DNA of 64,000 bases from the IMG/VR virus record IMGVR_UViG_3300011429_000004, positions 331 through 64,330 of that record; one strand, written 5' to 3'. This stretch comes from a virus. This document shows, piece after piece, positions 38,303 to 47,490 of the stretch (the first letter of the stretch is position 1; each line of letters begins with the position of its first letter). The notes under the pieces are model-generated. The model was not told the DNA's origin, did no database searches, and worked only from the letters and a program-made list of their open reading frames with translations. Both the position numbers and the translations under genes were made by a program.

Positions 38303-39008
38303 GTATCCTCACCGGAACTCTGAATTGACCATGTAACACATCTGCGCACATCTTTGGCGTAATTTCTGTATACAAAAACATACTCCCAGCAGCAACTGCA
38401 CTTGCGCCTGATTTTATTGCAGCGTGCATATGTGCGATGTTGCCGCAACCACCACAGGCTATAAGAGGTACAGATATATCTTTAGATACTTCTTTTATCG
38501 TATCTAAATTATACCCTTTAGTAGTACCGTCTAATTCTCTATCTACTAATAGTATCTCTCCTGCTCCAAGCATCTCCATGGCTGAAGATATAACGGCTGC
38601 ATGGGCTGTGACATTAGGATGTGTCACTACTCCAACTATAGCTTGGCTGCCAAATTTCTCTGCCGCTTCTTTTATTATTTTTGCACCTGACCATATGGCT
38701 ACTTTATCTGCCCCATTAGCGAGGCAAATTTTAATATGCTCCAATGTAGATATGCCACCACCATAACAAATAGGAGCAAAAAGACCGCGAGTAAGTTCCC
38801 TAATTTTTTCACCTCGTGGCTCCCGTCGCTCAGCACTTGCTTCGATATCCAACAAAATAATCTCATCGACGTTGCGCCTTTCCATGACCTTTATGTATTG
38901 ACTCATTGGGCCTAGTTTACGATAAGGTCGCCCAAAAGAAATAGGCTTAATACATTGAAGATCACCATTAAATAATAGAGTGGGTATGATACGGTGCTTA
39001 AGAGTCAT
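38295..39008 (-). CDS. HisF-like imidazole-glycerol-phosphate-synthase cyclase-subunit homolog (WbuZ-like, acetamidino-sugar formation).
   Basis: ICYGGGISTLEHIKICLANGADKVAIWSGAKIIKEAAEKFGSQAIVGVVTH matches the HisF consensus. Confidence 0.65.
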   Translation of the reverse strand: MTLKHRIIPTLLFNGDLQCIKPISFGRPYRKLGPMSQYIKVMERRNVDEIILLDIEASAERREPRGEKIRELTRGLFAPICYGGGISTLEHIKICLANGADKVAIWSGAKIIKEAAEKFGSQAIVGVVTHPNVTAHAAVISSAMEMLGAGEILLVDRELDGTTKGYNLDTIKEVSKDISVPLIACGGCGNIAHMHAAIKSGASAVAAGSMFLYTEITPKMCADVLHGQFRVPVRIHA

Positions 39009-39226
39009 ATAAATTTCTTTTCTGTGTACATTTGTACTCTATCTATAGTATCTTCTACTAATTGCAATATTTCTGCTTTTCCTCTTTTTATACCTTTGTC
39101 TGTAAGTAAAAGATGACAAGCATCAGCTAACATAATTCCTACATTATAACTATTTTCATCGTCGTCGTTTTTATATCCTTTTAGCCTTTCAGGATCGGCT
39201 AATTGAATCATAACATCATCAGGCAT
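39005..39226 (-). CDS. Hypothetical small protein in the operon.
   Basis: 73 aa ORF bridging the HisF-like and amidotransferase genes with 4/8-bp overlaps. Confidence 0.25.
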   Translation of the reverse strand: MPDDVMIQLADPERLKGYKNDDDENSYNVGIMLADACHLLLTDKGIKRGKAEILQLVEDTIDRVQMYTEKKFI

Positions 39227-40352
39227 TTTTTAAGTCCCTCCTAAACATAGCCCTAGGAGGTCTTTTAATATCCCTTGTATCAAATAAATCTTTATTTGCC
39301 CAATGATTACATAATTCCACGAACTCTTCTATACTTACCCCTATTCTATCAAGAACATCTTCCAAGGGCACACCAAGGTAAGTGGAAGGGTATCGGCCAT
39401 CGTACAGTTCCACAATTTCTTTCGCCTCACGTCTTGTAATATTTTTTCTTCTGATGTGATTGGATGCAATATCGGTGCAGCGGCCAAAACCAAACTTGAG
39501 GTACTTAAAGTAATCATGAATACCAGTTTGAAGGTTATCAAGGTTCTCATAGTCATAACCTGTTCCTTCTACAGGGCCGTAGGCTGTTTTAAATCCATTA
39601 TTACATGCTATTTCGGCGTTTGTGGCGCCATCCCAAGGAAAGAACTGCCCTAAGAATACTCCCTTTACAGAGTCTTTCTTTAACTTGGGGTAAGTATAAA
39701 GTAACATATCTTGTTCGGTGGCTATCTTTTGATCTATGATATCTGATACTCTTAGACCGTTCAATCCACCAAATTCTTCTAACCATTTTTGATCCAGAGT
39801 AAATGTTTTTTGCGTCTCTTCATCAGGACCGCCATACTCATTTTGTGGGTTTTCTCCATATATTATAAGCGGAATATCATGCCAAGTAGCAACCCTAAAA
39901 GGAATAGAGAAAATAGTAACATGCTCCGCCCAAGATATATCCCCAATCTCTCTAAGCGTGTACGCATTGATTTTTTTTCTAACTCTTCCATTACATGTGA
40001 CATGGACATGATCTACTCCTAGCTGAGATATATTATCTAGGTTTTTATGGCCTAACTCGCTTACGTGGTCTGTCGTTGCAGTAACAGCAAGAGGGCGCAG
40101 CCCATACTGTAACGCCATTAAAACTTGGTAGTGTGAATCCTTTCCACCGGATACAGGTACAATACAATCGTATTGCTTCTTTTTGGCTTTCGCTTCTTCT
40201 ACTATTTTTGTAAATTCTTTCTGTCTCTTTGCCCAATCTATATCCTCTCGTGCCTCAAAGGCAGTGCAAGCACTGCATACTCCTTGATCGTTAAAAGTAA
40301 GATCAGGTTTTAAGTTATTATATAAGCATTTTTTGCAGTAGGTCAAGATCAT
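39219..40352 (-). CDS. N-acetyl sugar amidotransferase (PseA/WbuX family, PP-loop ATPase).
   Basis: PP-loop CIVPVSGGKDSHYQ. N-terminal Cys cluster CKKC...CSAC. 377 aa. Confidence 0.6.
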   Translation of the reverse strand: MILTYCKKCLYNNLKPDLTFNDQGVCSACTAFEAREDIDWAKRQKEFTKIVEEAKAKKKQYDCIVPVSGGKDSHYQVLMALQYGLRPLAVTATTDHVSELGHKNLDNISQLGVDHVHVTCNGRVRKKINAYTLREIGDISWAEHVTIFSIPFRVATWHDIPLIIYGENPQNEYGGPDEETQKTFTLDQKWLEEFGGLNGLRVSDIIDQKIATEQDMLLYTYPKLKKDSVKGVFLGQFFPWDGATNAEIACNNGFKTAYGPVEGTGYDYENLDNLQTGIHDYFKYLKFGFGRCTDIASNHIRRKNITRREAKEIVELYDGRYPSTYLGVPLEDVLDRIGVSIEEFVELCNHWANKDLFDTRDIKRPPRAMFRRDLKNA

Positions 40353-40813
40353 TTTATATACTCCTCTATGGCGTCTCTGTGTTTCTCATAATGCCCTAGA
40401 GTAGTATTGCATGTAATACATATTAGTCCTCGTACTTTATTTGTATTGTGACAGTGATCTACAAATAATTTAGTTTCTTTTCTACATATTTTACATTTAT
40501 TGTTTTGCTCGTTTGATATTCTATTAAAATCATCCAAAGTGATACCATATGTTCTTTTTAAATGCATGTTCTTAGCGCTGTTTATTACCAATACTGGATT
40601 AGCCTTTCGTCTTTTCTCATAATTTTTTCTGGACTCAATTATAAGTCTATCTCTATGCCTATCATAATATGATTTAGCTACTTTCTTTTTTATATGTGAT
40701 TTTTCTTTTCTATATCTAGCAGCATATTCTTTTCCATGTTTATCGTACCATACCTTATTTCTATTATAAGGTATTGATAGGTCCTCTTCAATCAAATCAA
40801 ATACGTTTTCCAT
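40349..40813 (-). CDS. Endonuclease VII-family nuclease, copy 2, embedded inside the sugar operon.
   Basis: CKICRKETKLFVDHCHNTNKVRGLICITCNTTLG Endonuclease_7 signature. Confidence 0.55.
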   Translation of the reverse strand: MENVFDLIEEDLSIPYNRNKVWYDKHGKEYAARYRKEKSHIKKKVAKSYYDRHRDRLIIESRKNYEKRRKANPVLVINSAKNMHLKRTYGITLDDFNRISNEQNNKCKICRKETKLFVDHCHNTNKVRGLICITCNTTLGHYEKHRDAIEEYIK

Positions 40814-41109
40814 CAGTGTTTTGTCTCTGGATTAGGTTGTTCTGGTTCTTGCGGTTGTGATGTTTCTTCTTTAGGTTTATTTTGTTCTTGAATTTGTTTA
40901 ACTACCCCTCCTAACATTTGTACCGTCTCAAAGAAGTCATTTATAGCCATAGTTATGGATACTCTGGGTATAGCGTTATCTAATTCTGGCACTTCTTCCA
41001 TAAAAGTAATACGTGCGTTTGGCCCCTTGCATATGCAGTGTACTTTATCTACGTGAATAGATTTTATTGCATATGCTGCTTCCATTAATTCTAATCCTTT
41101 TTTATTCAT
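40813..41109 (-). CDS. Hypothetical protein.
   Basis: 98 aa ORF, coupled on both sides by 1-4 bp overlaps. Confidence 0.3.
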   Translation of the reverse strand: MNKKGLELMEAAYAIKSIHVDKVHCICKGPNARITFMEEVPELDNAIPRVSITMAINDFFETVQMLGGVVKQIQEQNKPKEETSQPQEPEQPNPETKH

Positions 41110-42134
41110 TTTAGGTGCTCTTCTTTGAGTGCCGTTCCTGCTTTGATGTCCATACTTGCTTTTCTAGTCAAAATAGATTCATACATACTAGGAGGAAGCC
41201 CGTAGCTAGGACGAATAGAACGTATATTATGCGCAGTAAATTCTTCTCCTTCTGTAATATCTCTAACCACATAGAGTGATCTCCTAAATTGTCTGGAATA
41301 TCCTTCTTCAATTGAGGTTGTCTCAAAACTTGCCTCCGCTGCCCTTCTGCAAGCCTTCACGAAAAACTTGAAGGCGGTTGGAGTAAGTGAGAAAACTGCG
41401 TCCTCAGACGCAGAGTTGCCCGTGTACAAGTGTTTCTCTATCATACAAGCCCCCATGCCGCAAGCGATCTGTGCGGCTAGGAGGCCCTCTGTATGGTCGC
41501 TAAAGCCTATTAACTCATTTGTATTTTCATTTAACCATCTTATACGCCACAAATTAGACTCTTCTAATCTTGTAGGATAAGCGCTAACACAATGAAGAAA
41601 AATAATTTTTCTGTTTTCTATATGTGGTGCTATGTCCCATATTTCATTATCTGTAGACATGCCTGTAGATAATACTATTGGTTTATTTGTTTTAGCTACC
41701 TCTTGTATTAATGGTATATCTACTAATTCAAAACTAGCTATTTTATAAGCGGGGCAGCCTAGTTTTTCTAAGAACTCTATCCCTTGTTTACTAAACACAG
41801 ATGCAAATATAGGTATTTCAATGAAAGAAGCATACTCGAACATTCTCGCAGCTAGCTCATAGTTTGTTTGAGCTTTGGTATATAAGTCATATAGAGTATT
41901 ACCTTTCCAAAGACCATTTTTAATAGCAAAATCTGGGTTATTATAGGTATTATCTATATCTATAGTCATATCCTCTGGTGTATATACTTGTATCTTTACT
42001 GCATCTGCGCCTGCTTCTTTGGCAGCGTTAATTAAATCTTTAGCTTGTTGTAAGTTGCCCTCGTGGTTACAACTAAGCTCAGCCACTATAAATGGGTATT
42101 TATTCTTGCCTATTTCTTTGCCCAAGAAATTCAT
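41106..42134 (-). CDS. Nonulosonic acid synthase (NeuB/PseI/LegI family).
   Basis: IVAELSCNHEGNLQQAKDLINAAKEAGADAVKIQ matches the NeuB N-terminal consensus. 342 aa. Confidence 0.75.
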   Translation of the reverse strand: MNFLGKEIGKNKYPFIVAELSCNHEGNLQQAKDLINAAKEAGADAVKIQVYTPEDMTIDIDNTYNNPDFAIKNGLWKGNTLYDLYTKAQTNYELAARMFEYASFIEIPIFASVFSKQGIEFLEKLGCPAYKIASFELVDIPLIQEVAKTNKPIVLSTGMSTDNEIWDIAPHIENRKIIFLHCVSAYPTRLEESNLWRIRWLNENTNELIGFSDHTEGLLAAQIACGMGACMIEKHLYTGNSASEDAVFSLTPTAFKFFVKACRRAAEASFETTSIEEGYSRQFRRSLYVVRDITEGEEFTAHNIRSIRPSYGLPPSMYESILTRKASMDIKAGTALKEEHLK

Positions 42135-42544
42135 TCAAACCTCAGCATTTCTTTTAGCTGCTCTTTTGCGTTTCTTATCCAATCGTTCTTTTTTCTTTCT
42201 CTCATAGCGCGAGCTATCATTCTTAGTTTATGAGACTCAGATATAGATTTTAATCCAAGTATATTAGGATCAGTAGAAGGCTCTATATAAAAGCTATCTA
42301 GTTCTCTTTGTTGCCACGCATTAAAGTTACCCTCTATAACAGACTGTAATTGGTTTATTCTATTTGAATGCCATAAAGGGTCTACTTTTGGAGAATCTTT
42401 TGCATACCCCGCTACAGTATTTGCCATTGGAATATTTTTACCTAGCTCTTGTGAAGCATCCCTTACTTGCCCTTGTATAATACTAGGACCAGCTACTCCA
42501 GCACCTATCATTGTACCTATTGCATGTCTTCGAGATAGTTTCAT
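42131..42544 (-). CDS. Hypothetical protein in the operon.
   Basis: 137 aa ORF with 4-bp overlaps. Confidence 0.3.
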   Translation of the reverse strand: MKLSRRHAIGTMIGAGVAGPSIIQGQVRDASQELGKNIPMANTVAGYAKDSPKVDPLWHSNRINQLQSVIEGNFNAWQQRELDSFYIEPSTDPNILGLKSISESHKLRMIARAMRERKKNDWIRNAKEQLKEMLRFE

Positions 42545-43221
42545 TTAAAGATGTCCAATTTAGATAGGTCTGGATACTCATCGTTAGGTAAGTCTGGGTT
42601 ATTCTTAGGTAAGTGATGTAATCTCACTAAACCCTCGGCAGCTATCTCTGGAGACATATACATATGCCACCCCAACTCTTTAATATCGTCTTCTTTTGGT
42701 CTTACCCCTTCTGTGCGACCATCAAATCTAGCGCGCCTTGCCCATTTATCAAACTCTTTGTCATTATGTAGAATAGCACCACCCTGTTGAATACCTAGTA
42801 TTTTAGACCAATGAAAAGATACGCAAACATAGCCTTTTTTAGTTAAGTTACCTTTCGCCATACTGATGCACATGTCGCTGGTAAACCTTCTCGCAGCATC
42901 CCATATATTTAATGGTTTTAATTGATATAGCCCACTCCATTCTTCGTCTCTAAATGCTACTTTATATCTTGCATGCATTATTTGCATAGGCACAGATACA
43001 TAAGTATGTTTTGGTATCTCTATTGTATATGGATAATTAGCTCTTACACTATGGTACTCTAAACACAAGAACAGCGCATTAGTACAACTATTAACAACTA
43101 CACAGTACGGTGCCCCTGTATACTCTGCTACAGCATCCTCGAAGTCTTTGACTACAGAGAAAGGGTTTTTCATTTTAACCACCAGTATAAGAGACCTATA
43201 AGTATTCCAGTTATGCACCAA
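42541..43221 (-). CDS. DegT/DnrJ/EryC1-type PLP aminotransferase (PseC-like), unusually short.
   Basis: FEDAVAEYTGA..VVNSCTNAL, DAARRF and SFHWSKILG (PLP-lysine motif). Only 226 aa against ~370 typical. Confidence 0.45.
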   Translation of the reverse strand: MVHNWNTYRSLILVVKMKNPFSVVKDFEDAVAEYTGAPYCVVVNSCTNALFLCLEYHSVRANYPYTIEIPKHTYVSVPMQIMHARYKVAFRDEEWSGLYQLKPLNIWDAARRFTSDMCISMAKGNLTKKGYVCVSFHWSKILGIQQGGAILHNDKEFDKWARRARFDGRTEGVRPKEDDIKELGWHMYMSPEIAAEGLVRLHHLPKNNPDLPNDEYPDLSKLDIFK

Positions 43222-43261
43222 GCAATAATAGCTATGATATCTATTATTTGCTTAGGTATTT

Positions 43262-43540
43262 TCATTTTTTCTTCCTTCTTTTGCGTGGCTTATATTTAAG
43301 AGACTCTTCTAGCTCTTGCTCATATATTTTAAGCTGGCTAGGAAGCACGGACAAAGAAGTAATTAAACCAATCATTTTAGTTGTAATTATTTTGCCTTTA
43401 AAATAGTGCAAAGTGTCTTCTACTGCATCTATGACTATTCTTATTTTTGCTTGGTGTACTCTAGTCTCTTCGCGATCTGCCCTTTTCATGGTATCCTCCA
43501 GCCAGATGATTCTGTTCCCTTGTATATAGTACGCTGTCAT
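43262..43540 (-). CDS. Hypothetical small basic protein.
   Basis: 92 aa ORF. Confidence 0.25.
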   Translation of the reverse strand: MTAYYIQGNRIIWLEDTMKRADREETRVHQAKIRIVIDAVEDTLHYFKGKIITTKMIGLITSLSVLPSQLKIYEQELEESLKYKPRKRRKKK

Positions 43541-44544
43541 AGTACTCCTAGTTTAATTAGTTCTTCTTTGAGCCCTTGCTCACTTAGCATCTTAGTGAAA
43601 GACCCATTAGAAGTAAATGATTTCCCTTGTAGTTCTTGCATATACTCAGCGCCATTGTGTTCATACTGAGGTGGATTAATTATATATGTTTTAGTTGTGG
43701 GGTCATAATCTGTATTTTGTAGCTCCTCTTGTGTTATTATTTCTTCGTGGAGCTTTTCACCTGGACGAATACCTATTACTTCGCACCATTGTTTCTCTGG
43801 TGGATAGTTACCCATCATAACCATGGCGAGGTCTTTAACCCTGAAACTTGGCATGTCAGGAACAAACGTCTCCCCGCCATACATGCGCTCTATGCACTGT
43901 AACACAAAGTTAACGGCCTCGTCTAGGGTTATCCAAAAGCGAGTCATAGAATCGTCAGTTATGGTTAATTGTTTTAGTTCTTTTATTTGTTGCATAAACA
44001 ATGGTATGACACTACCATTGCTATTGGCCACATTACCATAACGAACAACACTAAACTTAGGACCATGGGGTCCTCTAATATTATTTGCAGCATTGAATAT
44101 CTTCTCCGCACATAGTTTAGTTGCGCCGTAGAGATTAATAGGATGCACAGCTTTGTCGGTAGAGAGTGCTATTACTTTCTTCAGTGATAAAATACCGCCA
44201 TAGGATGTAGCTGGAGTAACGCAACAGTCTACTAGGTTCTGCGCACCAAGTACATTAGTTTTAATATACTCAAATGGATTATACTCTGCTGAAGGAACTA
44301 TTTTTAAAGCAGCTGCGTGGACTATTATTTCATAGTCTCTTATAGCTAGTGCCAGTCTTTCTTTGTCTCTTACATCACCAATGAAGAATCTTAGCCTTTC
44401 ATCTTTAAATCTATTCTTCATTTGCTCTTGTTTATGTTCACATCTTGAGTAGATTCCTATCTTCTGATATTTATTGCCACTAAGCAATTTTTCAGTCAAT
44501 GCTTGTCCAAACGAACCTGTGCCACCTGTAATTAAAATATTCAT
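43537..44544 (-). CDS. UDP-GlcNAc 4,6-dehydratase (PseB/FlaA1/CapD family). First gene of the sugar operon.
   Basis: MNILITGGTGSFGQALTEKLL Rossmann motif, YGATKLCAEK catalytic YxxxK. 335 aa. Confidence 0.7.
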   Translation of the reverse strand: MNILITGGTGSFGQALTEKLLSGNKYQKIGIYSRCEHKQEQMKNRFKDERLRFFIGDVRDKERLALAIRDYEIIVHAAALKIVPSAEYNPFEYIKTNVLGAQNLVDCCVTPATSYGGILSLKKVIALSTDKAVHPINLYGATKLCAEKIFNAANNIRGPHGPKFSVVRYGNVANSNGSVIPLFMQQIKELKQLTITDDSMTRFWITLDEAVNFVLQCIERMYGGETFVPDMPSFRVKDLAMVMMGNYPPEKQWCEVIGIRPGEKLHEEIITQEELQNTDYDPTTKTYIINPPQYEHNGAEYMQELQGKSFTSNGSFTKMLSEQGLKEELIKLGVL

Positions 44545-44823
44545 CTAACAGCCCCACCATATATTATATATCTTATACATACTTCACATTCACAAGTAAA
44601 GAAGTGTGTTGGCTCTTTTTTCTTAGGTGAAGTAAAAAACCACTTCATTTAGTTTTACCTGTCTCTACGAATTTAAATAATTTAGCGGCCGTGTCTAATA
44701 TAGTTTGTGAGTTTATAGGTGCTGGTCTATCCATACCGCCCAGAGAGTAATTGCCCTTTGTATCATGTATTTCCAAAGCTAGTTTTAAGCATCTTCCTCT
44801 ATGCTCTACTTTTTCTGCGGTTG

Positions 44824-45081
44824 TCATTGTGCTAGTATCCCTGTTGGACCAAATTTCTCTAGGTCTTTCTTCTTTTGCTCTTTCTCTACTACTTGTATTA
44901 TTTCACTCATTATCTTAGAATAACTCAAAGCTTTTTCTTTCTTGTCTTGGTCCATTATGCCTAATTGTAGATCACACTGTATTCTTACAGCGCAGCCAAC
45001 ATTAGTTGTGGCGTCTGTCATTAGCGCTTCAAAGAAAGATTTAAAGATTGATTGTATACGTAGTTGCTCTTGGTTTAGCAT
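44824..45081 (-). CDS. Hypothetical small protein.
   Basis: 85 aa ORF. Confidence 0.25.
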   Translation of the reverse strand: MLNQEQLRIQSIFKSFFEALMTDATTNVGCAVRIQCDLQLGIMDQDKKEKALSYSKIMSEIIQVVEKEQKKKDLEKFGPTGILAQ

Positions 45082-45350
45082 TAAATTAATCCATCTATGT
45101 CTTTTGACTCGGGCTTATCGTCAGGGGGGAACCAGTTGGTGCGGAGCACTTGCCCATCGGTCAGGCGCTCTATGCGACAGGCAAGCTCGTAAATGGGCCT
45201 AGAGCGGCCTAGGGCGATCATTCGGATGTGGGATGGGTGGCAGGGCACCTGCCGGGCAAAGGCGCTGTAGGTCGTCTCTGAGGCTTCCAGCCACGCTTGC
45301 AGGGTGAGGCTCATAGGCGCCTTTTTAGGCGATTTTTTATCGTGAGTCAA
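45081..45350 (-). CDS. Cro/YdaS-like helix-turn-helix regulator candidate (GC-rich gene).
   Basis: TQAWLEASETTYSAFARQVPCHPSHIRMIALGRSRP resembles YdaS/Cro-type HTH. About 60% GC, unlike its neighbours. Confidence 0.35.
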   Translation of the reverse strand: MTHDKKSPKKAPMSLTLQAWLEASETTYSAFARQVPCHPSHIRMIALGRSRPIYELACRIERLTDGQVLRTNWFPPDDKPESKDIDGLI

Positions 45351-45418
45351 TAGGGTATATGCAACTTTTGGATCAGAATAAAATAGGCAGTTTTAGTCTT
45401 GCCTAGGACTTAGTTGCA

Positions 45419-46342
45419 TTACTTTTTTATGCCGGTTTGGTCTACTCCCATGAATGGCACTACATTAGATAACATAGTTGCCGGGAGCTTACCATCCCAT
45501 CTCTCTGCTTTACGCAAGTCTACTAGGTTAGAGTTTTGTGCAAGCGCTTTAGCTTGAGCCTCAATAGCAGCTGCATTTGCTTTACCGTTTAGTTCTATGC
45601 CCTTGGCTTCTGCTTCGCGGTTTAGTAGATAGGCATCGGCTTCACCCTTGGCTTTAACTACTACAGCCTCGGCACGTTTGCGTTCTTGCTCTAGTTCTTG
45701 AGTACGTGTTTCTACGTTAGCCTTTGCTGCGGCTGCGTCTGATACTGCTTTTTTGAATGTAGTGGCGTACTCAAGGTCAGTCAAAAAGAAAGCAGTTACT
45801 TCTAGCCCAAGAGAGCTTGCACCTTCTTTAATGACTGCATAGATAGTATCTCTTACTTTTGCTCTTTGTTCTGCTACGTGTTGGGTGTTAATCTTACCCA
45901 TTTCAGCCTTTAACCTGTCTTCGGCTAGAGCCTGTAAGCGTTCCTTGTAGTCTTGTACGTTCACCCAAATAAACCTGAGACCTTCTTGAGTTTTGGGCAC
46001 ACGATAGAACAAGTCGTATATAATATCTATCTCTTGATTGTCAATAGTATAAGTATTCACTGCTTTCTTGGGACGAATATTTTGTACGTCTGTCCTGATG
46101 AAGTGCACTGAGTTTACAATAGGCATCTTGAAATGTAAACCAGTACCTTCAATAGAAGATATCGCGCCAAAGCGCGTAACAACTGCGTTCTCGTACTCTT
46201 CTACTGTGTAGTAAGTAGAAAAAAACAACACTAGCAATAAACAGCCTACGATAGCTGCTGATATAGTCTTAAACGGCATTGAAGTTTCTCCTTGTGTTGG
46301 TTCGTCGTCTTGTGGATGTGCGTAAGCCCTTTGTCTTGTCAT
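45419..46342 (-). CDS. SPFH / band-7 (prohibitin/HflC-like) membrane protein.
   Basis: N-terminal TM helix, SPFH core (YTVEEYENAVVTRFG...), Ala/Glu-rich coiled-coil tail. Confidence 0.65.
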   Translation of the reverse strand: MTRQRAYAHPQDDEPTQGETSMPFKTISAAIVGCLLLVLFFSTYYTVEEYENAVVTRFGAISSIEGTGLHFKMPIVNSVHFIRTDVQNIRPKKAVNTYTIDNQEIDIIYDLFYRVPKTQEGLRFIWVNVQDYKERLQALAEDRLKAEMGKINTQHVAEQRAKVRDTIYAVIKEGASSLGLEVTAFFLTDLEYATTFKKAVSDAAAAKANVETRTQELEQERKRAEAVVVKAKGEADAYLLNREAEAKGIELNGKANAAAIEAQAKALAQNSNLVDLRKAERWDGKLPATMLSNVVPFMGVDQTGIKK

Positions 46343-46514
46343 TGTTTATCTACTCCATTTCCTTTGTCCAGAAATGCTTGTGTTTCTAGATTAGCTACCC
46401 TTTGTTCTAGAGACTTAAGTTTGTCGCTACGTTGCTCATACGCTCTATATACAAGCACGCCAAGAAACCCCAGGCATAGAACGCCCAGGATCACACCTAG
46501 TCCTAGCATATGAT

Positions 46515-46785
46515 TGCCCTTTCTTAGTTAAAGATAGTAGACGTTGCTCGAGTAGGTGTGCACCCATACCCGGTTTTCCCCCTAGTGACGGGGCGGCTGA
46601 TTTGTATTATATACTCCTTACGAGAGTACATAAAAGCGTTAGGGGTCTCTAGCCCGCGCCCTTTATCAGCCCTATAATCAACGTCAGGAGCACGAGTGCT
46701 CTCTATTAATAGCAAAAGACCCCAGATTACTCTAGGGCCTTTCACTCCAAACAAGTTTACTCGGGGTAAGTATCCGAGGAATGTT
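46515..46785. other. GC-rich structured intergenic element with CTAG-containing hairpins.
   Basis: ccccctagtgacgggg hairpin. 7-bp long-range stem ggggtct...agacccc enclosing ~65 nt. Palindrome gagcacgagtgctc. Confidence 0.3.
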
Positions 46786-47438
46786 TAGAACAGCGCGTCA
46801 GCGTCCGAAGTGTCCACATTCTTAGCCTGGAGCAACTTCAGATGCTTGGCGTAGTAAGGGTTCTTGTTGAGCTTGGCGAGTGCAGCAGTGCGCTCCTTAC
46901 CGGGGAGAGCAACCAGTGCAGTGCGCTTGTCGTTCAGCTGCTTATCGGTAGGTGCAGCAGCAGCAACAAGCTCACCAGCCTTGGCGTGACCAGCCGGGAA
47001 CTTCACCTTTTTAGTGAACATCTCGGTCTGAGCAAGCTTAAGTGCCTCGATATAGATAGTCGGATCGAACACCTTACCCTTGCGCTCACCAGTGCCTTCC
47101 GCGCGGGCATACATCTTGGCTTCGGCAAAGTCTGCCATCAGCTGCGATGCAAGATCGAGTGCCGGACCATCTTCGATGTTATGAGTAACGAACATCTTGA
47201 CGCGGCTGGCCATGCCATACGCGGCGAACCGCGCAAGCATAGAAGGATTGATCTTGTTCACGGGGAAGTCTTTGTAGGCGCCCTTAGTGTCGGTGACACG
47301 AATTGCACTCACAGTCTCAGGAACACGGCGCGCATCGCCCTTGCCCTTGTCATCGACAAAGGTCACGGAAACCGGACCCTTACCACGCTTAGAAGTCTCA
47401 GCCATAATGTTCTCCTTTGGTTCTCCGTTAATGTTCAT
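46785..47438 (-). CDS. Hypothetical protein, GC-rich (~57% GC), likely horizontally acquired.
   Basis: 217 aa ORF. The plausible start is MAETSKRGKG at 47407. The antisense + ORF at 46842-47459 is rejected as low-complexity. Confidence 0.35.
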   Translation of the reverse strand: MNINGEPKENIMAETSKRGKGPVSVTFVDDKGKGDARRVPETVSAIRVTDTKGAYKDFPVNKINPSMLARFAAYGMASRVKMFVTHNIEDGPALDLASQLMADFAEAKMYARAEGTGERKGKVFDPTIYIEALKLAQTEMFTKKVKFPAGHAKAGELVAAAAPTDKQLNDKRTALVALPGKERTAALAKLNKNPYYAKHLKLLQAKNVDTSDADALF

Positions 47439-47490
47439 TCGCTCTCGCTCATGAACTAATGAAACACCTTACTCTCTATCTCTATGGGTG

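Noticed and set aside
46842-47459. 205-aa plus-strand ORF antisense to 46785-47438
   Set aside because: Low-complexity L/S/R-rich translation typical of the antisense frame in GC-rich DNA. The minus-strand ORF has protein-like composition and fits the operon direction.
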